Of a stretch of DNA of 32,000 nt, positions 18,906 through 26,484 are shown piece after piece. Origin of the DNA: Vulcanisaeta distributa DSM 14429 (lineage in GTDB: Archaea; Thermoproteota; Thermoprotei; Thermoproteales; Thermocladiaceae); contig NC_014537.1 in the NCBI RefSeq assembly GCF_000148385.1, forward strand, positions 2,190,001-2,222,000, in the 5' to 3' direction. Each line of letters begins with the position of its first letter. Position 1 is the first letter of the stretch. The position numbers were made by a program, and so were the translations under genes. The notes beneath the pieces are model-generated. The model ran no database searches. It saw nothing but the letters and a program-made list of their open reading frames with translations, and was not told the DNA's origin.

Positions 18906-19625
18906 ATGATTACCTCCTACAAGGTACCCACCGTACTAGTGATTGGTAGAGTGGGTAAGGAATTAGCCGTGTGGAGCATTGATGGGACCACCACGACTCT
19001 AGGCAACATTAACGGTATTGAGTTAGTTAATGAACTTAAGGTGGATAGGCAGGTGACGGGTCACGTGGCCATTGCATCCTTTGGGCAATACGTGATTAAG
19101 GCCATGGACATGGGTAGTAGGTACGGCTCATACACATTAAGTGAGGATTCGCTTGTTAGGATACCCAGTAGGGGTGGTGTTGACCTTAGGAAGTACAATG
19201 ATTGGGTCACGATAAGGAATGCCTTCATACTAATTGGGGATCCAAATTCCGGTTATTCTGATTATTACCCATTAATATGTCCTTATAGGGTTGGTGATAC
19301 GTTATTCATAAACGCTGGATATGCGGGTTCAGGGAGTGTAAGGACTGTACTAACCATACTTGGGATACTGCGTAATTACGCTAGCATTGGTCGGGTAAAC
19401 ACATCCTGCATGTGCAGAATACCGTCGATGCCCCTGGAAATAGCCTTAATAAGTGGTGATAAGTACCTGCTGGTCAGGACGTACATGAATGATGGGCAAG
19501 CAGTAATGGGTAGTAAGTACCTAATCCTATTGACCAGGGGTGGTAATGTCATTAGCAAGTACTCAACAAATAATGACCCAATAGACGTAGTTGTTAAGAT
19601 GCTTAATGAAATGAGGAGTGCCTAG
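18906..19625 (+). CDS. Hypothetical protein
   Basis: ORF only, with no motif I recognise. Confidence 0.45.
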   Translation: MITSYKVPTVLVIGRVGKELAVWSIDGTTTTLGNINGIELVNELKVDRQVTGHVAIASFGQYVIKAMDMGSRYGSYTLSEDSLVRIPSRGGVDLRKYNDWVTIRNAFILIGDPNSGYSDYYPLICPYRVGDTLFINAGYAGSGSVRTVLTILGILRNYASIGRVNTSCMCRIPSMPLEIALISGDKYLLVRTYMNDGQAVMGSKYLILLTRGGNVISKYSTNNDPIDVVVKMLNEMRSA

Positions 19626-19673
19626 GAGAGTGTAAAAGTAAGGATTAATAGTGACAATGCGCCTTATTAAGTC

Positions 19674-20600
19674 GTGAGCATAAGCACAGGGCTTGAATTT
19701 GCAGCTGAGAATGTACTACCAATAATAAGGAGCTTAATTGCCAAGAGATTACTCGAGAGTGGGTATAGCCAACTCAGGGTGGCTAAGATACTCGGTGTAA
19801 CACAGCCGGCGGTTAATAGGTACGTGAGTAGGGATTACGATGAATTACTCAGTAAGGCCGAGTCACTGGGTATAAACAGGGATTGGGTGCTCGAGGTTGT
19901 CAAAAACGTTGTAGAGCTGGTGTTAAGTAGTAGGGAGTATGAGGCCCTCGAATACTTAACCAATGCCGTAATAATGGAGCTGGGCTCCTTAAGGCTATGC
20001 GATGCCCATAGAAGGCTCGTCCCATCATTACCCACGAATTGTAACGTATGCTCAGTGCTGATTACGGGCATTTCAGATTCAATAATTAAGAATGTGGAGA
20101 GGGCATTATCGATCCTTGAGGCTCATCCCGAAATTCAGGTTGTAATACCGAGGGTATTAATGAACATTGTTGAGGCAAAGCCCGGCGCGGTAACGGAGGA
20201 TGACGTTGTTGGCGTTCCTGGCAGGATTGACGCCCATGACGGGAGGGTCATCGTAGGCTCAAGACCAACCTATGGTGGGAGTAAGCACCTGGGCAGGTTA
20301 ATTATTAAGTGCATGAACGTGAACCCGAGGTATAGGTCCGTGGCGAGCATTAAGTACGATGAGAAGGTGGAGAATGCGCTTAGGGGGTTGGGAATTCATT
20401 ACGTGAAGGTGGGTCCTCATGAAAGTCCCAATGAGGATGAGGTCATTAGTGCTGTGGCTAATTCACTAATTAAAGACCCAACGCTCGAGGTTGTGATTGA
20501 CCTGGGTGGCTATGCCCTGGAGCCCGTCACCTACGTGTTTGGTCTTGACGCAATGGATGTGGCATTGAAGATTGTGAGGATAGCCTCAAGGATAACCTAA
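19674..20600 (+). CDS. HTH plus ThiN-like domain protein (ThiR-type thiamine-responsive regulator candidate, or thiamine-phosphate synthase ThiN fusion)
   Basis: N-terminal HTH ESGYSQLRVAKILGVTQPAVNRYV. The C-terminal ThiN-like blocks are MNIVEA, VVGVPGRI, YGGSKHLGR, RSVASIKYDE, and VIDLGGYALEPVTYVFG. Confidence 0.65.
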   Translation: MSISTGLEFAAENVLPIIRSLIAKRLLESGYSQLRVAKILGVTQPAVNRYVSRDYDELLSKAESLGINRDWVLEVVKNVVELVLSSREYEALEYLTNAVIMELGSLRLCDAHRRLVPSLPTNCNVCSVLITGISDSIIKNVERALSILEAHPEIQVVIPRVLMNIVEAKPGAVTEDDVVGVPGRIDAHDGRVIVGSRPTYGGSKHLGRLIIKCMNVNPRYRSVASIKYDEKVENALRGLGIHYVKVGPHESPNEDEVISAVANSLIKDPTLEVVIDLGGYALEPVTYVFGLDAMDVALKIVRIASRIT

Positions 20601-21514
20601 GCCTTCACCTTACTAATTAGGTAATTCACGATGTACTTGGCGGGGTTAATACCCGTGGCCCTCTTGAACCCCTGCCAGGACATTGTTGGATTAACCTCAA
20701 GTATGAAGTACCCATCCCTGGTCTCGGCGATGTCAACACCCCCATAATCAAGCCCAAGGACCTCAATGGCCTTTAATGCGAGCTCGCTTAATTCATTCGT
20801 GACCTTAGCAGGCTCGGGCCTAGCGCCCTGAGCCACATTACTCTTCCACGTAACGCCCCTCCTAAACTCGGCGCCTATTACCTCATTACCAACAACCACA
20901 ACCCTATAATCGCCATTGCCAACCTTATCAAGGAACCTCTGCACATACATCGGCTTATTCAGGTTTGTTAAGTAGCTGAATATGTGCATGGCAACATCAG
21001 CATCATCGACTTGAAAGACTCCAAAGCCCATGGCGCCCCTGATCTGCTTAATCACTGATTTACCGAACTCCTTAACCGTGTTATAGGCAACGAACATGTT
21101 CTCACTAACCACGGTATCTGGGACTGGCAACCCATGCTTAGCCAATAGCATTAACGATATGAACTTATCACCGGCCATCATCCAATTCAGGACTGGGTTC
21201 ATTACATAAATGCCATTAAGCTCGAAAGCCCTGACAACCCATAACCTATGCACAAACTGCTCAAAGTCCCTTATCACCCCTATATGCCTAAGTATTGCAC
21301 CTGATACGTTTAACTCCTCATAATTAGACCTACCAATTAATTGATAATAATCAATGCGACCCCTACCAAACCTGACACCAACCATGTCTATGTAAATCCT
21401 CCTAACCCTATGACCTAAGGACCTAATGGCATCCTCTAAATCAACCACATCCTCAGGGTTATACTCAACCTCATACGGCCTAATGATGCCAATATCCACA
21501 GCACGCCACCTCAA
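20597..21514 (-). CDS. RimK/LysX-family ATP-grasp ligase
   Basis: ATP-grasp blocks: KFISLMLLAKHGLPVPDT, SVIKQIRGAMGFGV, DYRVVVVG, and GLDYGGVDIAETRDGYFILEVNPTMSW. Confidence 0.8.
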   Translation of the reverse strand: MRWRAVDIGIIRPYEVEYNPEDVVDLEDAIRSLGHRVRRIYIDMVGVRFGRGRIDYYQLIGRSNYEELNVSGAILRHIGVIRDFEQFVHRLWVVRAFELNGIYVMNPVLNWMMAGDKFISLMLLAKHGLPVPDTVVSENMFVAYNTVKEFGKSVIKQIRGAMGFGVFQVDDADVAMHIFSYLTNLNKPMYVQRFLDKVGNGDYRVVVVGNEVIGAEFRRGVTWKSNVAQGARPEPAKVTNELSELALKAIEVLGLDYGGVDIAETRDGYFILEVNPTMSWQGFKRATGINPAKYIVNYLISKVKA

Positions 21515-21589
21515 AACCTCCTTTTATTAATTAGCCCAGGTAATAATCACTAAATATGGGAGAAATGTATACGTGAAGTAAACGTATAC

Positions 21590-22933
21590 TCACCTAAACT
21601 TAATTTTACTAAGATCGATAGAGGCAGGAATAACCCCCTTCCTAAACCTACTCGCGTCAGAATTAAGGGGTCTCGTTGCATCAATACCAACCTTAGTGGT
21701 TATGCCCTGCACAGGGTCGATGGCCACGGGATCTAACGTCGAACCCCTGGCATACTTAATGAGTACTAAATCCTCATCAGCCCTAAACCTAGTCGCTATC
21801 GCCCACTCAACCTCACTTGGGTCATCAATGTTTATATCATCATCCACGATAATCACGTGTTTAAGGCTTGGATGCGCCGCGAAGGCTGCCATGATTGCGT
21901 TCTTGGGGTCACCATCACTCTGCTTCCTAATGGCAACAACCGCGTGTAGCCATCCACAACCACCGTCAGTGAGCCTCACTGCCTTAACCTCAGGGACTAC
22001 GTTACTAACAAACTGCCAAATCTTAGCCTCCTTCTCAATACCCATCAGTAGTTTATGCTCAGAATAACCGGCCACGAGCGCTTGGGCGATTAATGGGTTA
22101 TCTCTCCTGATATAAACCCTCGTGATTCTAACGATGGGTTGCTCCCTAACCTCGTCATACGTACCCAATACGTCCATGCACGGCCCCTCCCTAGCCGTCT
22201 CCCTAGCCGATATGTAGCCCTCCATCACGACCTCCGCATACACGGGCGCAGGTACTCCATTGTCCAGGACCTTAACCTTAAGTGACCCGTCAAGCAGGGC
22301 ATTGGCCATGTTTAACTCGAAGACGCCGAAGGGTGGTGATGAGGCTGCGGCAACCAGGATGGCTGGGTGTAGGCCCCATGAAATGGATATGGGCGTGTCC
22401 TTACCAATTTCCCTATTTCTCACGTAAATCCTATATAAATGCCTGGGCACAAGTCTAATGACGAATTTATCAGGGCCTATTGGGGTTAGCCTATGGATAC
22501 TCGCGTTTAATATGCCATCCCTAACATCCATCCCAACCACAACGGCACTCGTTAAGCAGGGTCCCGGCTCGAGTTCGAAGTACCTGGGTATGGGCATTCT
22601 TGTTAGGTCAACGTTAGGCAGTGGTTCGTAAACGGCATTATTCGTTTCTGAAGGCTTATAGGATGGTGCGACATCCTCAGCCCAAAGAAGCTTCCTGTAA
22701 AACTCAATATCACTCCTTACATTGAGTGCCCTGTATACCTTATCCCTGGTGTTAACGACATTACCAACCACGTGGACCTCCTTAAACTCACGCACATTTG
22801 TGAACTCCAGGGCTGGTCCTTTATCGAACCGCGTGATTACGTACGGTATTTCATAGTTAATACTCAATTCCTCATCAACGAACTTCAAAATGCCCTCATT
22901 CCTCAGGTCCATTAGGAATTTCCTTAGATCCAT
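21590..22933 (-). CDS. UbiD-family (prenyl-FMN dependent) decarboxylase
   Basis: UbiD-like length and blocks: NASIHRL, ISISWGLHP, LLDGSLKV, EGPCMDVLGTYD, and VVAIRKQ. Confidence 0.85.
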   Translation of the reverse strand: MDLRKFLMDLRNEGILKFVDEELSINYEIPYVITRFDKGPALEFTNVREFKEVHVVGNVVNTRDKVYRALNVRSDIEFYRKLLWAEDVAPSYKPSETNNAVYEPLPNVDLTRMPIPRYFELEPGPCLTSAVVVGMDVRDGILNASIHRLTPIGPDKFVIRLVPRHLYRIYVRNREIGKDTPISISWGLHPAILVAAASSPPFGVFELNMANALLDGSLKVKVLDNGVPAPVYAEVVMEGYISARETAREGPCMDVLGTYDEVREQPIVRITRVYIRRDNPLIAQALVAGYSEHKLLMGIEKEAKIWQFVSNVVPEVKAVRLTDGGCGWLHAVVAIRKQSDGDPKNAIMAAFAAHPSLKHVIIVDDDINIDDPSEVEWAIATRFRADEDLVLIKYARGSTLDPVAIDPVQGITTKVGIDATRPLNSDASRFRKGVIPASIDLSKIKFR

Positions 22934-22976
22934 CAATTCTGCGTTAATTTTGAAGTAAAATAGTTTTTCCGTGTTG

Positions 22977-23954
22977 TTAGAATTGGTGTTGTGGTTTTAG
23001 TTTTATGCCTATGCCCGGTGTTTCTGGTACGTAGACCTTACCATTCTTGGCATACATTATTGACTTTGGCTCATCGAATACATCGAATATTGCACTCCTC
23101 AGTGGGTTGTCTGGTGCCGTGTACTCAATCCATAGGGTGCCTGGCTTTGCGGCAACCAGGTGTGCACTGACTATTGGCATTAGGTGTGGTGAGACTGGTA
23201 TCCCATAGGCCCTAGCCAACGCCCAAACCCTAAGCCACTCCGTAATACCACCAACATGACCAACATCAGGCTGGACAAAATCCACAGCCTCACTCTCGAG
23301 GAGTAATTTAAAGTCATAGACCGTGTGATGCTGCTCACCGGCGGCAATGGGTATTCCACAAACCCTCCTCAACCTCCTGTAACCCTCCAGGTTGTCTGGG
23401 TGCACGGGCTCCTCAATCCAGAATAATTCATACCTCTCCCACCTCCTGCACATCCTGGTTGCTAGGTTTAGGTCGTAGGTGCCGTTTAGGTCAACCATCA
23501 ACTTAACATCAGGCCCAACGGCCTCCCTAACGGCTTTAATACGCTCGGTAGCCTCCTCAGGACTAACCGCCGTTAAGGAGCCCCTAATCTTAACAGCATC
23601 AAAGCCTTGTTTAACATACTCAAGGGCCTTGGCCGCAAGCTCCCTAGGTGGTAGTTGATGGGCTGTGTTTGCGTATGTCGGGACCTCACTCCTATAACCA
23701 CCGAGTAATCTCCAAAGGGGCTTATTAACCTCCTTAGCCAGTAGGTCCCAAATGGCTATGTCAACACCACTAATTGCGTGAATCACAAAACCCCTCCTAC
23801 CCCACCTCGTGAGTCTTTGGAATAACTCATCCCAAATCGCCTCGTACTCCGTGGTATCCCTACCAACAACAAACCTGGCAATAACCCTCCTAATGAACTC
23901 AGCGAGTAGGTCTGAGAAGTACACACCCTCCTTAATGTGGTGGTAATCAGTCAC
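22977..23954 (-). CDS. Enolase-superfamily enzyme (mandelate racemase/muconate lactonizing, sugar-acid dehydratase-like). The N-terminal capping domain looks truncated or frameshifted, so this is a likely pseudogene.
   Basis: AISGVDIAIWDLLAKEVNKPLWRLLGG, metal ligands in MVDLNG, FWIEEP and AAGEQ. The listed ORF begins with GTG about 40 aa short of typical family members. The upstream sequence continues in-frame only to the TAA at 23985-23987, then resumes in another frame up to the ATG at 24046. Confidence 0.75.
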   Translation of the reverse strand: MTDYHHIKEGVYFSDLLAEFIRRVIARFVVGRDTTEYEAIWDELFQRLTRWGRRGFVIHAISGVDIAIWDLLAKEVNKPLWRLLGGYRSEVPTYANTAHQLPPRELAAKALEYVKQGFDAVKIRGSLTAVSPEEATERIKAVREAVGPDVKLMVDLNGTYDLNLATRMCRRWERYELFWIEEPVHPDNLEGYRRLRRVCGIPIAAGEQHHTVYDFKLLLESEAVDFVQPDVGHVGGITEWLRVWALARAYGIPVSPHLMPIVSAHLVAAKPGTLWIEYTAPDNPLRSAIFDVFDEPKSIMYAKNGKVYVPETPGIGIKLKPQHQF

Positions 23955-23993
23955 ATAACCAATACCCTCACTACTCTCGGTACATTAATCTCT

Positions 23994-24010
23994 CTAGTGA
24001 CGGTCACTAG
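23994..24010. repeat. Perfect 17-bp palindrome CTAGTGAC-G-GTCACTAG
   Basis: Read directly: 8-bp arms with a 1-nt centre, overlapping the left 15-nt boundary repeat. Confidence 0.9.
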
Positions 24011-24106
24011 CACCGGCAATTGAGCCTCAACGGTTTGCATCGCCATAGTGGTGCAATAGGTGCTGTGGAGTGGTTTTTGAAGGTTTGTCCATTGAGGTGG
24101 AAGCCA

Positions 24107-24188
24107 TTTTAATCATTGTAATTATTAATTGAACATTGTTTCGTTGTGCCTAGGTTTGGGAGAATTTTGTTCTATGTTTGTTTCGTTG
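24107..24188 (+). repeat. Copy 1 of an 82-bp G+T-rich direct repeat beginning with the TATA-like TTTTAATC
   Basis: Manual alignment with 24239-24320 gives roughly 80 percent identity and a 132-bp period. Confidence 0.8.
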
Positions 24189-24238
24189 TTTGTGTGTATG
24201 CGTTGTGTTTCTTCCTGAATCCCAATTTTTCACAATCT

Positions 24239-24320
24239 TTTTAATCACTGTGATTATTTATTGGGTGTTGTTTTGTTGCGCCTGGGTTTGGGGAATTTTG
24301 TTTATTGGTTTTGTTTGCTG
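24239..24320 (+). repeat. Copy 2 of the 82-bp G+T-rich direct repeat; contains the palindrome AATCAC-T-GTGATT (24243-24255)
   Basis: Manual alignment with 24107-24188. Confidence 0.8.
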
Positions 24321-24523
24321 TAGGTGGCGAGGTACTGCGCCGGCTCCTTGAGGAGTTTGCCAGCCTCGCTACTCAGTGTGTCGGAGACCCTCATGTTCCT
24401 CGACCTCGATGCGACGTAGGTCATCGCCTGGAACAGCGCCTCCGCATTCATTCCAAACTCCTCGACGTAGTCACTGAGCGCGGCATCCAGCTTTAAGGCA
24501 TACTTAAGACCAACCTTCCCCCA
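24302..24523 (-). pseudogene. Decayed small ribbon-helix-helix (CopG-like) ORF
   Basis: The stop-to-stop frame reads GLKYALKLDAALSDYVEEFGMNAEALFQAMTYVASRS..., a strand-helix-helix pattern. No canonical start precedes the strand. An ATGATG sits one frame off at 24527-24522, and the first in-frame ATG is at 24451. Confidence 0.35.
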
Positions 24524-24536
24524 TCATCGCCCCTAG

Positions 24537-24824
24537 CCAGTTCCTGACCATCGCTTTGGGACGTTTGGAGGGAACTGGTTAAGAGGGAAAAATGCTGTCG
24601 CGTGCAGGGACGAGGATGGTGCAAGATACCGCATTATTAAGTCGAGGGACAACGAGGGGAACATAGCATACGCATTGATCGACCATGACGACGAGGTCGC
24701 AGTCGTATGTAGGTATTACCCCGACGAGTTACAACTCCTCTACTGCGGCTATGCACTGAGGGCCGCGGTTCACTTCATGAACATTAATGGCGAGGTCATT
24801 GAAGAGGACCAAGCACACCGCTGA
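24537..24824 (+). pseudogene. Start-less 95-codon ORF of unknown function (possible gene remnant)
   Basis: The stop-to-stop frame reads ...NAVACRDEDGARYRIIKSRDNEGNIAYALIDHDDEVAVVCRYYPDELQLLYCGYALRAAVHFMNINGEVIEEDQAHR. The first ATG/GTG/TTG in frame is the TTG at 24675. Confidence 0.3.
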
Positions 24825-24859
24825 ACCCCACTTTCCAATGCCCTATTAAAATTACCGCA

Positions 24860-24868
24860 TTTTTAAAG
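24860..24868 (+). promoter_or_regulatory. TATA-like box TTTTTAAAG centred about 26 nt upstream of the 24890 ATG (leaderless-type promoter)
   Basis: The sequence and its spacing are typical of crenarchaeal leaderless promoters. Confidence 0.45.
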
Positions 24869-24889
24869 ACATGCGCTGGGAAAGTATCG

Positions 24890-26443
24890 ATGAGCGAGAA
24901 GGACCTGGTAATGGAGTCGGAAATCAAGTCCGTGGGCCCTGGGCAATTGAAAGTATGCTGGGGCGTCAAGGTCGAGGGCGGTAAGCGATTAGGGTGCGGT
25001 GAGGAGGTCAGTGATCCGAAAATAATCGGGGAAGTGATGAAGTTGATTAACGAGTTCATGAGGAGGGTCGAGAGACGCAAGGATGTATTGTTGAGTGAGT
25101 CGAACACACCATTCGACAGGGCAATCAACGAACTAAGCAGCTGGCTGACGCTGGTGGAAACGAAGGTTAAGGAGATCAACGATGAAAACATCGTAAAGAT
25201 GAGGAGGGCAATGATAAACATTGGCGAGAAAATGCTCACGTTAGCAAAACAAGCTCGCGAGAAATGGCTGAAAACATACCGAAGAGAACTCGAGAAATTA
25301 ATCGAAAAGTTAAGGAGAAATGAAACGACAATAATTATAACAGGAGAACCTTCCAATAAAAACAAGAGCTTTACGGCACATCTGTATACGAAGCACCTAT
25401 CAATCAAAATAACTAGGGTCAGAGGAAGTAGCGTAACAATAAACATATCATTGGTTGGCTCTAGGGGTATTAGCGTCGTAACTCCCAGGTTGTTTGGTGA
25501 TGACGTGCTCAAGCCCATGCGTTATGGTTTGATCATGACCGATGGATCGATTGATAAAAGGGGCTACTTAGTGATGAACACCAACCAGCTTTGGCAGTCT
25601 GTGATGTGGATACTGACATGGCCTGGGAGAAATGGTATGCGTATACATGCCGTGGGTCTCAATGAGGCTGGTATCAATGTCATGTGGTCCTTAATGGCCG
25701 TCGACCATAGGAGTGAGTTCGTGAGTAAGGCTAAGGTCGCCGAGGAGGTTTCTAAGCTTAGTGATGAGGAGAAATTTCTAACGTTCCTATTGACTGCTAT
25801 TCTTGGAGATGGTAATATCGATATCATTAATAAGACAGTCAGGCTCGTGATTGGCGGTTCAAAGCATGAGTTGTGGAGGGGCATTATCGATAGGATGAGG
25901 GCCCTCGGCTTCAGGGATATTGATCAGAAAGTCGTTAAACACTATAGTATTAATAGCTCGAAGGCCGTCGAGCTCGCTAGGAAGTGGCTTAGCAACCCGA
26001 TGATTAAGGCTTTGGTTGAGGACTTGGCCCTGTTACCTGACGCCGAAAAACTCAGAAACATAATTGCACTGGCTAGTGCGAAGGTTAAGCCGATAGGTAG
26101 GTCGTCAGTTGAGGTCGCCGGCGTTAGGATGAGCGTGCACATTAATAATGAAGGATACGTGGAGTTAAGAATCAGGCGTAAAAGGCTTGAGGATGCCAGG
26201 GCAGTCCTGGAAAGACTAAGGAATGCGGGTTACAATGCCGAGTTGAGGGAGTATGGTGGGAGGTTCGAGGTCCACATAAGCCAGGACGAAATCAAGAGAC
26301 ACCTGGAGTTAGTTGTTAAGGTCTGTGAGGTGCTTAGGAGGATGCATGAGGAGGCAGTAGGTGAGGGCAACACCGAGAGAGCTTGGGCAACAGCCAAGGC
26401 AATGGCAAACCTAAACTGCCCCACCCAGGACCCACGGGCCTAA
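24890..26443 (+). CDS. 517-aa protein with a central two-motif LAGLIDADG-type (homing-endonuclease-like) core, an N-terminal charged coiled-coil region and a C-terminal extension
   Basis: Motif 1 [14 protein letters not shown] (aa 209-222, nt 25514-25555). Motif 2 [17 protein letters not shown] (aa 296-312, nt 25775-25825). D218 and D307 are 89 residues apart. Confidence 0.6.
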   Translation: MSEKDLVMESEIKSVGPGQLKVCWGVKVEGGKRLGCGEEVSDPKIIGEVMKLINEFMRRVERRKDVLLSESNTPFDRAINELSSWLTLVETKVKEINDENIVKMRRAMINIGEKMLTLAKQAREKWLKTYRRELEKLIEKLRRNETTIIITGEPSNKNKSFTAHLYTKHLSIKITRVRGSSVTINISLVGSRGISVVTPRLFGDDVLKPMRYGLIMTDGSIDKRGYLVMNTNQLWQSVMWILTWPGRNGMRIHAVGLNEAGINVMWSLMAVDHRSEFVSKAKVAEEVSKLSDEEKFLTFLLTAILGDGNIDIINKTVRLVIGGSKHELWRGIIDRMRALGFRDIDQKVVKHYSINSSKAVELARKWLSNPMIKALVEDLALLPDAEKLRNIIALASAKVKPIGRSSVEVAGVRMSVHINNEGYVELRIRRKRLEDARAVLERLRNAGYNAELREYGGRFEVHISQDEIKRHLELVVKVCEVLRRMHEEAVGEGNTERAWATAKAMANLNCPTQDPRA

Positions 26444-26484
26444 AATCCCTCTTTCCCAATTTTAATCTCGCTAGTGGGCCATAC

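Larger units (their letters stand above)
23985..26476. mobile_element. Candidate integrated or selfish element (about 2.5 kb): a compositionally atypical island bounded by 15-nt direct repeats
   Basis: TTAATCTCTCTAGTG at 23985-23999 versus TTAATCTCGCTAGTG at 26462-26476 (14 of 15 identical). Higher G+C inside (36 of 60 in 24361-24420 by my count). Damaged genes on both flanks, and a LAGLIDADG-type ORF inside. Confidence 0.4.

Noticed and set aside
24305-24496. 63-aa plus-strand ORF from the track
   Set aside because: It lies entirely opposite the RHH-like frame, starts with TTG inside the GT-rich repeat, and has no recognisable fold pattern. It is most likely a shadow ORF.
24796-25518. 240-aa minus-strand ORF overlapping the 5' third of the 517-aa gene
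   Set aside because: It is an L/S/F/I-rich low-complexity translation, typical of the antisense shadow of a K/E/R-rich coding strand. The plus-strand frame is three times longer and carries recognisable motifs.
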